A stretch of 64,000 bases of DNA. Source: Eledone cirrhosa (Eukaryota). The stretch is taken from assembly GCA_964016885.1 (NCBI GenBank), contig OZ024745.1:16926001-16990000 (forward strand). The letters are read 5' to 3'. The position numbers and the translations under genes are program-made. The notes under the pieces were generated by a model, which worked only from the letters and a program-made list of their open reading frames with translations, did not search any database and was not told the origin of the DNA. Each line of letters opens with the position of its first letter. The stretch's first letter is position 1. Of this stretch, positions 26,172 through 39,964 are shown one piece after another.

Positions 26172-26325
26172 GAAAATTTTAGTAAGTAAGTTAATTTGGG
26201 ATTTTTTAAATGTTCTTACTTTACGTCTTTCATATATATATAGTGTGGTAAGGAGCCAGGTGGACCATATTGCACCAGAGTACTCGATACTTAGTGTAGT
26301 AGAGTGCGGCCCTGACTCTTTTCCT

Positions 26326-26396
<71 letters not shown>

Positions 26397-26548
26397 GTGT
26401 TGGATGCTTAAAGCGTCCGTATGAGCACTCGATGCCTTCGTAGAGCAGAGTATGATATCACATAAAAAGAGAATCAGTGTTGTGACGAAAGGAATTTATT
26501 GGACATATTACAATTTCAGAGTCAGGTATGATCACCATATCGACCGTG

Positions 26549-26579
<31 letters not shown>

Positions 26580-26582
<3 letters not shown>

Positions 26583-26747
26583 AACATGTTTGACTCCGAC
26601 GACTATTTCCGTTCAGAAATACCCGTCGAAACGGCTTGAGCTCTGCCGTCGGGGTCAAACATTTTCCTATTACCCACTCTACTACCCTAAGTATTGAGTA
26701 CTCTGGTGCTTATGGTCCATCTGGTTCCTTACCACACCTCCTTCGTT
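26580..26747 (+). mobile_element. Miniature family E fold-back element in (TA)n
   Basis: GGAACATGTTTGACTCCGACG is inverted relative to CGTCGGGGTCAAACATTTTCC, followed by tail TACCCACTCTACTACCC...GAGTACT...ACCACACC. Further pieces at 26240-26330(-) and 27060-27118. Confidence 0.7.
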
Positions 26748-26905
26748 ATATATATATATAAGAAAATGAGATTTATTTAAAAGAAAAAACGAGATGTCCT
26801 ACACGAGTGAAAGTATAAGGAAACAAATATATATTCTTAAAAAGGCTTCAGTTGCATTTTCGATTACTTTTCCTTACACACACACACACACGCGCACGCA
26901 CGCAT

Positions 26906-26992
<87 letters not shown>

Positions 26993-27118
26993 TATATATA
27001 GAGATATATATATCTGTGTTTGTGTGTCTGTGTGTGTGTGTGTATATATATATATTCCATTCCAGAAATAGCTGTCGAAATGGCTTGAGCTCTGCCTTCG
27101 GGGGTCAAAAAATTTCCA

Positions 27119-27149
<31 letters not shown>

Positions 27150-28302
27150 CACTTATATGTATATATACATATGTGTGTCGTTATATATATATATGTATAT
27201 ATTTATATATAGAGAGAGGTGGGCGAGAGATGCAACTAGGTATATTAATGAATTGCATGTTTTATGAATACTAGCTGATAATTCCACAAACAAATATAAA
27301 AAGGATTTTATGTAAGGAGAAATACATCGAGTAAAATTATGGCTGTATTATTGTTTGCTTTCATCATGTCATCAACAGAAAACCAAGAATTAAAAATAGT
27401 AAATAGCTCTGGAAAAATATACAAAGCATAAAGGAATGATTGGTGTCATTGAGTAATTGTTTTTGTGGAGATTTCCTTTGTGGATTAAATTACTGATCAG
27501 GTTCACCAGTGTCATTTCCGTCCGTCAGCTGAGATTGATAAGCTTTCTTAGATGGATTTAATGCCGATATTTTCATGGATCGAAATATCAAAGACTTTTG
27601 GTGTATTTAGAATCTACAAATACGTGTGGCATTGACAGCATACGAATAAACCAGCTTGACCTTCCAACCATCAAGATATTCTTAGAAAGCTGCCATTCAT
27701 TTCTATCGGAAATATTGTGTATGCACTTAGAAACTTGAAATTGATATTATCCATGCCTCAGACTTTGATTTCTTCAAGTGGAATCAGCTGCTCTTGAGTA
27801 GCCAATTGGAATATTTCCAAAACTGATCATAATCCAGGCATATGACTTATTAGCCCAAACTTCTTCTGCGATAATATCTCGTTATATCAATATTTGATTA
27901 AAGTATATGCAAATTCAACTTTATTCGTTTCCTGTCAGAAATAGAAGTGTTATGATAGATTTTCTATTCAGTGTAGAATAATGTTTGTGTTGTCTACATT
28001 TAATATGTAGTAATGTTAGAAGGAATTCATTTGATGATATATGAAACGTAATCTTGCACCAATATAAATAATATGATAAAAGGAGGAAATTATAAACGAT
28101 ATATTTTCATAATCATCTGAATCTACAGTGCAAAGTAACAGCCGGGAGTTCAGTCGGGCTACATTAAAGTATTTTATGATAGATGAACACATTGTAACAA
28201 GAAGACATGTTTGTATATGTTAAATAAATTTTATATAATAAATCAACGCAAATGGTATTCTTTTCTTCTACTTTCCCTTTAACCGACATTGACATTTTTG
28301 TT

Positions 28303-29020
28303 ATGCAGACTTATGACTAAAAGGCCAATATCCCTAACATCATATCTATTCAGCGGTAGGACATACTCTTCCCGTTTTACTTATCAAAATATGATTTGGG
28401 GTAGATATGACTAATATTTTGAGTGACAACGTAGAGAGGTATCTCATATATAGATATAATCGTTTCTTATTTAGGCCCAAGGCCAGCAATTTGTGGGTGG
28501 GTGGGGTGGACGTCGATTAGATCGACCACAGTGCGGGACTGCTGCTTTATTTTATCGACCCCGCAAGGATGAAAGGCAAAGTTAACCTCGGCGGGATTTG
28601 AACTCAGACCGTAAAGGAAAGTAACTCTATGCTGCAAAGCATGGTATCCGACTCTCTACCGATACTGCCAATCCACTGCCCTCATATATAGAAATAATAC
28701 ATATATAATGTGAGAGAGAATAGAGGGAGGCTTCAGAGAAAAATCAGCGCAAAAATTATATTTTACTTCTAGGCTCCTAAACCTACCTAGGCTCCTAAAC
28801 CTACCCTTTAACAGACGGTCAATCCTAATGGAATTTTTTGTTTAGAATTGACTAATTCCTACTCATGCAGACTTATGAAAAAAAGGGAAATATCCCTAAC
28901 ATCATATCTATCCAACTATAGGACTGTTTTCACTCTTCCAGTTTTTACTTATCAAGATATGATTTGAACGACCATGTAAAAAGGTATCTTATATATAGAA
29001 ATAATGCATATATAACTTGA
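28303..29020. repeat. Local tandem duplication (about 28303-28720 vs 28865-29020), with the first unit interrupted by a SINE
   Basis: ATGCAGACTTATGA...ATATCCCTAACATCATATCTAT...TTTTACTTATCAA.ATATGATTT...AGGTATCT.ATATATAGA occurs twice. Confidence 0.65.
28455..28680 (-). mobile_element. tRNA-derived SINE family S1, full length, 12-bp TSD
   Basis: B-box-like GAGTTCAAATCCC and core GCCGAGGTTAACTTTGCCTTTCATCCTT.CGGGGTCGATAAAATAAAG. TSD CTCATATATAGA at 28443-28454 and 28681-28692. Confidence 0.85.
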
Positions 29021-29062
29021 GAGAGAGAGAGAGGGAGAGAGGGAGAGGGAGAGAGAGAGAGA

Positions 29063-29130
<68 letters not shown>

Positions 29131-29408
29131 TGGGCTACAGAGAAAACCTGAATGATATATAATAATTGTACTAGGACATTTGGTTTGCGGATATGACGTA
29201 TGCAAATTCAAATATTAAATAAATATTTATATTTAGACTTGTCCAAAGAAACGTTGTGGGCAAACCCCAGGTGACACCCAGCAGAACGGCATATTTCATA
29301 GACACATGTTCTATGATAAAGTGGAATGTGTTAGTTTTAAACATATGCCTGTGAATACGCTACAAATGCATGAACGTACATATATACATATGTATGTATG
29401 AATGTATG

Positions 29409-29487
<79 letters not shown>

Positions 29488-29531
29488 AGTGAGATAAAGA
29501 TATATATATATATAAATACATATATATATAG

Positions 29532-29563
<32 letters not shown>

Positions 29564-29689
29564 GGGGAGAGTGGGAGAGAAGTAAAAGCTAGCTGAAAGC
29601 ACAAACCGAAACCGTTAGGCGTCGCGGACGTGATATACATGCATCCATACCCACATGATTAGTCGTCTCCTCGGTCTCAGGACTGCAGA

Positions 29690-29787
<98 letters not shown>

Positions 29788-29788
29788 T

Positions 29789-29848
<60 letters not shown>

Positions 29849-29858
29849 TATATATATG

Positions 29859-29983
<125 letters not shown>

Positions 29984-30047
29984 TGTGAAGTAATTCCGTC
30001 GGAAAAGTCCAGGGAAAAAGAGTGCTCTATGTAGGTAACAGAGCTTA

Positions 30048-30276
30048 ATAGTTATGTAATAAACAACATAAGGCAATTATACATTTACCAGTGGTTTCTT
30101 AAAAGCAAAATAATTTTGCTTTCAATCATCATAATGAAAAAATCATGGTGTATTTATTGGCGTTGGATTTTAAAAACAAAAATCTTTGTTTTTAAAATCC
30201 AAGCAACATTTTTTTGCTTTTAAGAAACCACTGGGAAATGAAATAATTGCCTTTTGTTGTTTATTACATAACTATA
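30048..30276. mobile_element. Hairpin/MITE-like palindrome
   Basis: ~63-bp imperfect arms (30048-30110 vs 30212-30276) plus an inner hairpin TTGGATTTTAAAAACAAA/TTTGTTTTTAAAATCCAA; (TA)n adjacent. Confidence 0.65.
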
Positions 30277-30351
30277 TAATATATATATATATATAGACAG
30301 AGAGTTAGAGAGATAGAGATAGAGATAGAGATAGAGTGCGAGAGAGAGAGA

Positions 30352-30385
<34 letters not shown>

Positions 30386-30771
30386 CAGAGAGGGAGAGAG
30401 GGAGAGAGAGATTCAGAGAGCGAGAAAGAGTGTGAGATAGTGAGAGAGATATTCGCTACAACAGAATGTAATCGGGTAAAGTACTTTTGGAGACGGGAAA
30501 AAGTAGACCTTTTCCCTTAGAGCCTCCCCACCCCTCTCTCTCTGTATATATATATATATGTATGTAATGTATGAATGTATATATATATATATATATATAT
30601 GTATATAGATATAGCGCTGTGTTTGTGCAAGCCTGTAAAATCTCCTTGAGCTTATAATATCACTTCTTGACTTAAATATATATATATATATACATCCATA
30701 CATACATGCATACATCCATTCTTCCATCCATATACACACATAGATACATACACACACAGACACACGCACGA

Positions 30772-30821
<50 letters not shown>

Positions 30822-31894
30822 GCATGTGTGTGTGTGTGTGTGTGTGTGTTTGTGTGTCTGTGTGGCAGTGTGTGTTGAATGTGTGTGTGTGTGTGTTTGT
30901 GTGTGTGTTTGTGTGTGTGTTTGTGTGTCTGTGGGTCTGTGTGTGTATGCGTATACATGTAAATCACAATGTGTGTACATCTAAATCACAATGTAACGTG
31001 TGAGGTCAACATAATATAGTTATTTCTTTCATGTTGAAATATATGTGCATGTATATATATACCTGTGTGTGGGTGTGTGCGTGAGTGCGTTTTTGTGAGT
31101 TTGTGAGTGTGTGTGTGTGTAAGAATGTGCGTGTGAATGTGCCATCTCCATTGAAAATGTCCAGGGAACATAAAATTCCTGCCAGCATATGTAGAGTGAA
31201 TTGTTGGACGTAATGGATGTACTGAAGCATAAATAGCAATGTTTCAACATTTGAGGTTTATTTTAAGCAATGCAACGGTATTCCATGTGTCTTTTATTGC
31301 CGGCAATAATGTGATTTCCTAATTGCAATGTAACTTGTTGTTTGAAGTCAAATATTTACGTGACCCATTGCAGCTTTAGTGGAGATTTTCTTCAAACAAC
31401 TCCATTCATGGATTCCATACATCTCTAATCTACTGTGTGCACACCTATGTGTATATGGATTTCTTTCATATTTACTAACGGACTTACGTGTTTAATGTTA
31501 GGAAAATACGTCAGAGTGGCACGTATGGATTCGGTTAGAGACTATTTCAACATTACCGGAGATAATTTGAATGATGTAAGTGGCCTTTGCGTGATATAAT
31601 TGCTCTTTCCATAAGAACGGAAATCCTTATGGAGATTTCAAACTCATGAAACTATTCAAATAGTAAAAGACATTCTTTTACTGTAAAGATGCGATTGATT
31701 GTAAAGAAATAGATGGAGTGGTCAGAGAAGATCAAATCTGGACTATCAAAACAAAGCAAAAGAGCAAGGACAAACAAAACAAATATTTATTTCTCAATTA
31801 CCGGTCATTGCAATAACATCTTATTCTATATCATATATAAAGCACATCAAATACAGACTTAATGGTAGATATTCCGGTTATATCACATTAATAT

Positions 31895-32110
31895 TGGTTT
31901 CTAATATAAGCATAAGGCCAGCAATGTTTGGGGAGGGGAATGTTGAGTAAATCAACCTCAGGGCATGATTGGTACTTTATTCTTTCGACTGCGTAACGAT
32001 GAAAGTCAAATCTAACCTTGGCGGGATTTGATCTCAGAACATAAAGCGCCGTAACTCTATGATGAAAAGCATGTTGTCCGACGCTCTACGGGTTCTACCA
32101 ATTCAACATC
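31895..32110 (-). mobile_element. SINE family S1
   Basis: Same core and B-box as 28455-28680, more diverged. Confidence 0.75.
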
Positions 32111-32184
32111 CTATCACTCACACTAATTATTGTATCTAACCATGACACATATATATATATATATATACACAAATACACAGACAT

Positions 32185-32279
<95 letters not shown>

Positions 32280-32283
<4 letters not shown>

Positions 32284-32495
32284 AACCAGTAGGACCCCGA
32301 CGGCTGAGCTCAGGCCGTTTAGACGGCTAATTCTGGACCATATTCTGGACCAATTCTTTGTCCAGAATTAGCCGTCGAAACGGCTTGAGCTCAGCCGTCG
32401 GGGTCCTACTCGTTCCTATTACCCACTCTACTACCCTAAGTATTGAGTACTTTGGTGCGTTATGGTCCACCTGGTTCCTTACCACATTTCCTCCG

Positions 32496-32497
<2 letters not shown>
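32280..32497 (+). mobile_element. Miniature family E fold-back element in (TA)n
   Basis: ~59-bp inverted arms (32280-32338 vs 32360-32418) plus tail 32419-32497; (TA)n on both sides. Confidence 0.8.
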
Positions 32498-32558
<61 letters not shown>

Positions 32559-32632
32559 AATATGTGTGTATGTAAAGGCATATTTAACCATAGTTCTATA
32601 TAATCGCACTGCCGTGCACACACACACACACA

Positions 32633-32707
<75 letters not shown>

Positions 32708-32761
32708 ACATATGTGTTATCTTCGTGGGCGTCTGCTTAAATCATTGTGCATGTGTGTGTT

Positions 32762-32950
32762 GTGAATTGGAAGTATCGGTAGAGGGTCGGACGCCTTGCT
32801 TTGACGCATAGAGTTACGGCCCTTGCCATTCTGAGTTCAAATCCCGCCGAGGTTAACTTTGCCTTTCATCCTTACGGGGTCTATAAAATAAAGTACCAGT
32901 AATACACTGGTAATTTTGCTGGCCTTGTGCCAACAGTAGAAACAATTATT
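32762..32950 (+). mobile_element. SINE family S1
   Basis: GAGTTCAAATCCCGCCGAGGTTAACTTTGCCTTTCATCC...GCTGGCCTTGTGCC...AGTAGAAACAATTATT. Confidence 0.8.
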
Positions 32951-32959
32951 TGTTTGTAT

Positions 32960-33460
32960 GAGTGAATTTGTTTCTGAGTGTGTGTGTGTGTATGTATGTA
33001 TGTATGTACATGTGTGTATGAGCATGTGTGTATGTGTGTATGGGTATATATGTGTGTGTATGTGTGTATGGGTGTATATGTGTGTGTGGGTATGTATGTG
33101 TGTGTATGTGTGTGTGTGGGTGTGTATGTGTGTATGTATGTGTTTGTATGTGTGTGTACGTGTGTGTCTGAGCGTGTGTGTGTAGGAACTTATGTCTATG
33201 TATGTGTGTATGTGTGTGTCTGAGTGTGCATGTGTGTGTAGGAACGTGTGTGTGTGTATGAGTGTATATGAGCATGTATGAGTGTGTCTGAGTGTGTGTG
33301 TCAGAGTGTGTGTGTGTGTGTATGAGTGTGTGTGTCTGAGAGAGATAGAGTGTGTATGAGTGTGTGTGTCTGAGAGAGATAGAGTGTGTATGAGTGTGTG
33401 TGTCTGAGACAGAGAGAGAGAGTATGTGTGTGTGTGTGCGTGTGTGTATCGGTGTGTGTT
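32960..33460. repeat. Complex (GT)/(GTAT)/(GA) microsatellite field, representative of dozens of (TA)n, (CA)n, (GA)n and (TTTA)n tracts across the window
   Basis: Directly visible. Confidence 0.95.
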
Positions 33461-33923
33461 TAGGAGCTACGAAGAGAGTGGTGTGAGTATGAGGAAATGT
33501 ATGCCTGTGATATTTATATGAATGAATAGTAAAATTGCGATAAGACGATGAGTAAATAGGCAAAGTGAATAGATGCAGAGATATGACGGGATATACAGGC
33601 AGATCCAGAAAGATAGGCATCTTTATTTACTCATGAATACTTCTAGCAATTTCTTGATAACGTAATATTTCAGTAGCTTATTACTTCGTTAAGGAGATGC
33701 TAATAATATTTAGTTTCCCTTACTTCTTACAGAATGTGTAGCAGGTTTATTAACTATTGCTTCACAGCTATACACATCTAGATATAGCATTGTTGTTTGC
33801 TGAATAGAGCAAATATGTTCTACCATAGATTTGCAAAGACCGCAGGAAGATAAATAGATATTTCGTCAGTTTTGACGATGGTTATTCAGTATCTCGATCC
33901 ACTTAACGATCGACTTATAAAAT

Positions 33924-34264
33924 TACGAGGTTTTGCTGAACAGTTCATTGGCTGACTATGAAAGAATGATGCTAGGACTGTGAAATCTTTCATGCGTTAA
34001 TTTCAACTCCTCTTCTTGATAACGTTATTATTACTTCCCAGAAACAAAGTTGAAAAATAAACCTCATTTGGTCATTCCATGAGAGTATCTTGTCAGTGAA
34101 TGAAGCATTGATGTTAGAGCTGTGAAATCTCGTATGCATTAGTTTGTCCCCTTCTTTATAACTTTATTGTTACTTTCCAGAGACTATGTTGCAAAATAAA
34201 CCTCATTTAGTCATTCCATTAGAGTATCTTATTCAGCCTATGAACCTTTCATATGACCCTCGTA
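33924..34264. mobile_element. Mariner-type MITE (TA-CGAGG termini) with an internal duplication
   Basis: TACGAGG...GCTGAACAGTTCATTGGCTGA at left and TCAGCCTATGAACCTTTCA...CCCTCGTA at right; related to 51787-52008. Confidence 0.6.
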
Positions 34265-34539
34265 ATGTATATGAGTTTGAGTATTCTATAGTCTTAGCGT
34301 AACTCTTAAGTAACATCCGTGTGACAAAATATGGGACATGGTTGCCATGTCATTGAACTTATATATACAGCCCACTCGAGTCAAACAAACGTTATCAAAA
34401 ATGTATTGCGTCAATCGGACTCTAAAGAAAAATTCTTGTTTAAGACAACACTTCTTAGAATCAAGCTTGGTTAATTGCCTTCATGAAGTCTGAAAAACTG
34501 AAGATTGGCAGCAAAAACAGGTGGTTATGGATGGCTAAA

Positions 34540-35283
34540 AGTTATCTAAAACAGAAGCCCCAATCAGTGCTGCTCAACAACAAGCACTAAGAACTGATTA
34601 CATTAAGCATAGAGTAGACCACACATCAGAAAGTAGTATGTGTAGAGTTAGTGGCATGAATGGAGAAGCTGTATGACATATTACCAGTCAATGCACACTA
34701 CTAGTTCAGAAAGAATATAAGAGACGTCACGACAACATAGTAAGGATAGTCCATTGGGCACTTTTTGGTAAATATGCACTTGACAGAGCAGAAAAGTGGT
34801 GCGAACGTAATACTGAGGGTGTTATCGAAAACGATGATGCAAATATCCTGTGGGACTTTGAAAATACAGTGTGGCCATGAGATTGAACATGGGAGACCAC
34901 ATATTGTATTAATTGAGAAAGAAGGCAGTGTTGAATCATAGGTATAGCCTGTTCAGCTGATAACAAGGTATCAGATAAAAAACGAAAAAAAAAAAATGAT
35001 AGATATAACTGGTTAGCTTGGGAGATTAAGCAGTCGTGGACATTGAAAAAGATGAAGTCTTGGGAACAATGAGTAGAGATCTTGAGTAGTACATTAAATG
35101 AATAGGGATTGCAATACGAATGGAACACTTACAAAAATAGCATTGCTTGGAACAGCTCGAATACTCCGGAGGTTACTCGAAAAAGTAGGGGTGTTACCTC
35201 AGTTCACTGGTAGTGAACAGCTAACACGTTAATACATCTCCAGCATTATATGCTGAGCGGAGAAACAACAACAACAACAATAA
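34540..35283 (+). mobile_element. R4/Dong-like RLE non-LTR retrotransposon 3' fragment
   Basis: AAQQQALRTDYIK...MCRV...HITSQCTLLVQKEYKRRHDNIVRIVHW...ENDDANILWDF...RPHIVLIEK...LLGTARILRRL, i.e. degenerate CCHC, RHD and restriction-like endonuclease motifs. Ends in (ACA)n. Confidence 0.8.
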
Positions 35284-35500
35284 GGATTTCTACTATAGGC
35301 ACAAGGACAGAAATTTGGGGGCAGGGGAAAGTCAATTATATCGACCCCAGTACATTACTGGTGCTTTATTTTATCGACCATGTAAGAATGAAAGGCAAAG
35401 TTAACCTTGGGTGGAACTTGAATTTAGATCATAAAGTGCTGTAATTCTATGATGCAAAGCATGGCGTCCGACCTTCTACCGAAACTGCCAAACCTCCGCC
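35284..35500 (-). mobile_element. SINE family S1
   Basis: Core GAAAGGCAAAGTTAACCT and head ...CCGACCTTCTACCGAAACTGCCAA...CCGCC. Confidence 0.75.
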
Positions 35501-35511
35501 CTTTTAATAAT

Positions 35512-35660
35512 AATACCAGTGGTTGTAGGCGCTGTAGGAATGATACCTAAGGGGTCTAAGGATTACCAAATCCAAGGAAACTCGCGTATATAAAAAATAC
35601 AAAAGATAGTACTAATGGGAACTTCCCATATACTAAGGAAGATTCTGTCAATATAAGTAC
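35512..35660 (+). mobile_element. Second R4-like LINE C-terminal fragment
   Basis: IPVVVGAVGMIPKG...IQKIVLMGTSHILRKILSI*. Confidence 0.65.
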
Positions 35661-36182
35661 ATAACAAATCTAAACACCTAAAGATACTTGTGTGTGTATG
35701 AATGGGTTCTTTCTTGAACATGGCGGACGTTGTTGTCTCTTGAGGCCACTCGTATGAACATAAAGTAAAATAAATGAAAAAAAAATAACAATATAGTATA
35801 ATTCAACAATAAGAAGAATATGATAATGATGAAGCTTCACGACCATAGGTAAGGTTTGGCTTACATATCAAATTGAAGGTAGTGAGTGTGTCTTTTACAA
35901 CTCCCTCCCTTTGATTACTGAATGCATATATATATATCCAAAATTAAATTAAGGTTGTCATGTCTGAGAGACATGCGCCATATTCACTGCAGAATGAGCT
36001 CAAAGATTCCAATGAATAGTTCTGAGCATTTTATATCAACTAGAACTAGATTGACACACATATATATATAAAATAAACACATGAAATAATCTCAGGGAAT
36101 AATTTATAAAGTGTGTAAGCACACATAGCTAGGTAGGTAACTAATTAAAGTTTAACTAGAACTTCAAATATAGATACCTTTC

Positions 36183-36229
<47 letters not shown>

Positions 36230-36232
<3 letters not shown>

Positions 36233-36337
36233 GATTACCCACTCTACTACCCTAATTATTGAGTACTTTGGTGCGTTATGGTCTATCTGGTTTTTCAAAC
36301 AGGAAAAGCGGACATAAAATGATGAGGATGATGATGA

Positions 36338-36394
<57 letters not shown>

Positions 36395-36575
36395 AACCAG
36401 TAAGACCCCGACAGCTGAGCTCAAGCCGTTTCGACGTCCAGAATTAGCCGTCGAAACGGCTTGAGCTCAGCTGTCGGGGTCTTACTGGTTCCTATTACCC
36501 ACTCTACTACCTCAAGTATTGAGTACTTTGGTGCGTTATGGTCCACCTGGTTCCTTACCACATTTCCTTCGTTAT
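36230..36575 (+). mobile_element. Family E solo tail (36233-36292) plus miniature fold-back element (36390-36575)
   Basis: Perfect ~46-bp inverted arms (36390-36435 vs 36449-36495), then tail; (TA)n flanks. Confidence 0.8.
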
Positions 36576-36747
36576 ATATATATATATATATATATACCGG
36601 CGTCGACGACGCTACTTTCTTTCTAAAATAAGTCTAAAAAATCTAGCATGCCTCCTGGAGGCTGAATGTTGTTTATTATTCTTTTTCAAATTTTGGTTGC
36701 CGAAATTTGGGTGCCGGGAAATACGGTGTGTATATATATATATATAT

Positions 36748-36897
<150 letters not shown>

Positions 36898-37061
36898 GTC
36901 CCCTTTGTTTACGTGTCCCAACGACTCTTTTTAGCCGTTGTTCGCACCAACCTGAGGCATATGGCCCTTAAAGCGATGAAATGCCTGGGACGGTTGGAGG
37001 GTCACTGATGAAGGACCTACTTTTTCACATGCCCCACCATTTGCAACGGGCAGCCTATTAT

Positions 37062-37159
<98 letters not shown>

Positions 37160-37191
37160 AGATCAAAAGATGGTTAAAGGAGTTCCATATA

Positions 37192-37258
37192 TTTTATTAT
37201 GCGCATTTCAAAAACAAACATCATCAAACAATAATATTTGTGTTTTCATCAGATAAAA
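37192..37258 (-). ncRNA. Type I minimal hammerhead ribozyme (family C, left arm)
   Basis: Reverse complement of 39693-39759. Confidence 0.8.
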
Positions 37259-38236
37259 CAGGAGAACATGATATGAAGGCTAAAAAACACTTGTTGATAG
37301 TGCAGTTTTAAATCAACATATGAAAAGTGGTTTTAGATTGATGTGTGATATTGGGAAAAATATTTTATTTAGAGAGGGGGGGGGGAAAGGATGAAAAGGG
37401 AAGGAGATGAGAGGGAGAGATGGGTGATAGAGAGAAAGAGATAGTTTTTATAACTGAGAGGAGATATATTTTATATAGAGGGGTTGAAAACCGTTGGAAG
37501 ATACTGTATAAATTAAAAATTTTGAAAATTAACGAAGGGAGGATATGTGCGAGGAAAAAATATTTTATTTAGGGAGGGGGGGGGGGTTGGAAAGGATGAA
37601 AAAAAGGGGAGGAGATGAGAGTGAAGGTGGAAAGGGAGAGATGGGTGATAGAGAGAAAGAGATAGTTTTTATAACTGAGAAAAAGATATAATGTTTTAAT
37701 ATAGAGAGGTTGGGAACCGTTGGAAGATAATGTATAAATTAAAGGAATTTGAAAATTAACGAAGGGAAATTATGTATGAAGATAGAGAGAAAAAAATAAT
37801 AATTGTGGGTGAATATTCAAACGTCAAAAGAAGAAATGTATGTATTGTGGGAATTTCAAAATTAGCAAAGAGAAAAAAAGTTTATGTGTAGAAGGATTTG
37901 AGAAAAATAATGTGAAGTTAAAGTTTGTATATTGAATTCATATGTATTAATAATGAGTTCGTTGATGGGGAGAAAAAAATAATAATAAATTAAGGATGAA
38001 ATTGAGATTAAAAAGATTTATGATAGAGAGAAAAAATAATAATGATTGCGGATGAATATTCAAAATGTCAAAAACAAATGTTATTGTTTTACGAGAAGAT
38101 AGAATGAGGGTAATGAGTAAACGAGTATTATAGAGTGTATAATGCCCTTTAAAGTAAGGTAGATGGGTATATTTTAAAGAGGTGTATGTATATGTGCCTT
38201 TGAGAAAAGATTCTAAATTGATAAATAATTGAATAT

Positions 38237-38828
38237 TAACTGTATACTTTGTGAAAAGTTCTATGGAATTTATGCAGGCAGATAGAAAACAAATCTGAGC
38301 GTCTATTTATTATGGATTCTAGGTTAGAGATAATGGTAAATTTTTCATTTAGGCAGAGATTACAGATTTTAGATAGAGAGCTGTTCAAGTATGAGGATGC
38401 AGAAGAAATCTTTTTCCAAAAGATGTTATATTTAATGTTTTTGTCTTTTAAGGACCATATGAGTTCTGAGAGAGCAGTGTTAGTTCTTTTAAGTTTGTAT
38501 TTGAAAGATGAATGATGATTATAGAGACGAGCTTTAAAAGAGGTGGAAGTGGAGCCAAAATAGGTGAAGGAATTGGTGCTAGTTATAATTTTACATTCAT
38601 AAATTAAGTTTTTATCGAGGCAATGGTTGTTGAGAGGACATTTATTTTTAATGCGGCAGTTGCAATTAGAGAGATTATTAATGAGTGATCTAGTGTTATC
38701 TATAGAAGGAATTGGATTGGAGAAGTTGTTTGCGATAGGAATAATAGGAATAATAGTTTCTTGATTTAGAGTTGGATTATGAACATTTAGCGAAGTTGTG
38801 TTTGACGTTGCATTTGGGTTTACAGAAG
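38237..38828 (-). CDS. GIY-YIG endonuclease domain of PLE family C; appears open, 5'-truncated and not in the ORF track because it has no start codon
   Basis: Manual translation gives ...NCNCRIKNKCPLNNHCLDKNLIYECKIITSTNSFTYFGSTSTSFKARLYNHHSSFKYKLKRTNTALSELIWSLK...KICNLCLNEKFTIISNLESIINRRSDLFSICLHKFHRTFHKVYS*. Confidence 0.85.
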
Positions 38829-39692
38829 TAAACTCATTACCCTCATTCTATCTTCTCGTAAAACAATAACATTTGTTTTTGACATTTTGAGTATTCATCC
38901 GCAATCATTATTATTTTTTCTCTCTATCATAAATCTTTTTAATCTCAATTTCATCCTTAATTTATTATTATTTTTTTCTCCCCATCAACGAACTCATTAT
39001 TAATACATATGAATTCAATATACAAACTTTAACTTCACATTATTTTTCTCAAATCCTTCTACACATAAACTTTTTTTCTCTTTGCTAATTTTGAAATTCC
39101 CACAATACATACATTTCTTCTTTTGACGTTTGAATATTCACCCACAATTATTATTTTTTTCTCTCTATCTTCATACATAATTTCCCTTCGTTAATTTTCA
39201 AATTCCTTTAATGTATACATTATCTTCCAACGGTTCCCAACCTCTCTATATTAAAACATTATATCTTTTTCTCAGTTATAAAAACTATCTCTTTCTCTCT
39301 ATCACCCATCTCTCCCTTTCCACCTTCACTCTCATCTCCTCCCCTTTTTTTCATCCTTTCCAACACCCCCTCCCTAAATAAAATATTTTTTCCTCGCACA
39401 TATCCTCCCTTCGTTAATTTTCAAAATTTTTAATTTATACAGTATCTTCCAACGGTTTTCAACCCCTCTATATAAAATATATCTCCTCTCAGTTATAAAA
39501 ACTATCTCTTTCTCTCTATCACCCATCTCTCCCTCTCATCTCCTTCCCTTTTCATCCTTTTCTCCCCCCCCCTCCTCTCTAAATAAAATATTTTTCCCAA
39601 TATCACACATCAATCTAAAACCACTTTTCATATGTTGATTTAAAACTGCACTATCAACAAGTGTTTTTTAGCCTTCATATCATGTTCTCCTG

Positions 39693-39759
39693 TTTTATCT
39701 GATGAAAACACAAATATTATTGTTTGATGATGTTTGTTTTTGAAATGCGCATAATAAAA
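39693..39759 (+). ncRNA. Type I minimal hammerhead ribozyme (family C, right arm)
   Basis: TTTTAT-CTGATGA-AAACACAAATATTAT...ATGATGTTTGTTTTT-GAAA-TGCGCA-TA-ATAAAA. Palindromic stem III; stem I overlaps AATAAA. Confidence 0.82.
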
Positions 39760-39905
39760 TATATGGAACTCCTTTAACCATCTTTTGATCTTATATTATG
39801 CATACTCCAGTCCCACAAACTGTAGAGTGCTTCTTATCCGATATCTGCATTGCTTTATTGTACTACAATAAAACTCACCTCCTACACATATATATATATA
39901 TATAT

Positions 39906-39964
<59 letters not shown>

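Larger units (their letters stand above)
37153..39888. mobile_element. Naiad-type PLE family C fold-back insertion in (TA)n
   Basis: 37153-38120 is inverted relative to 38832-39798 (near-identical). The endonuclease is coded on the minus strand of the spacer, and tail 39799-39888 is present only on the right arm. Confidence 0.9.

Noticed and set aside
36596-36728. Pogo/Tigger-like MITE (CCGGCGTC...GAAATACGG)
   Set aside because: Only one end resembles a TIR; too degraded to call.
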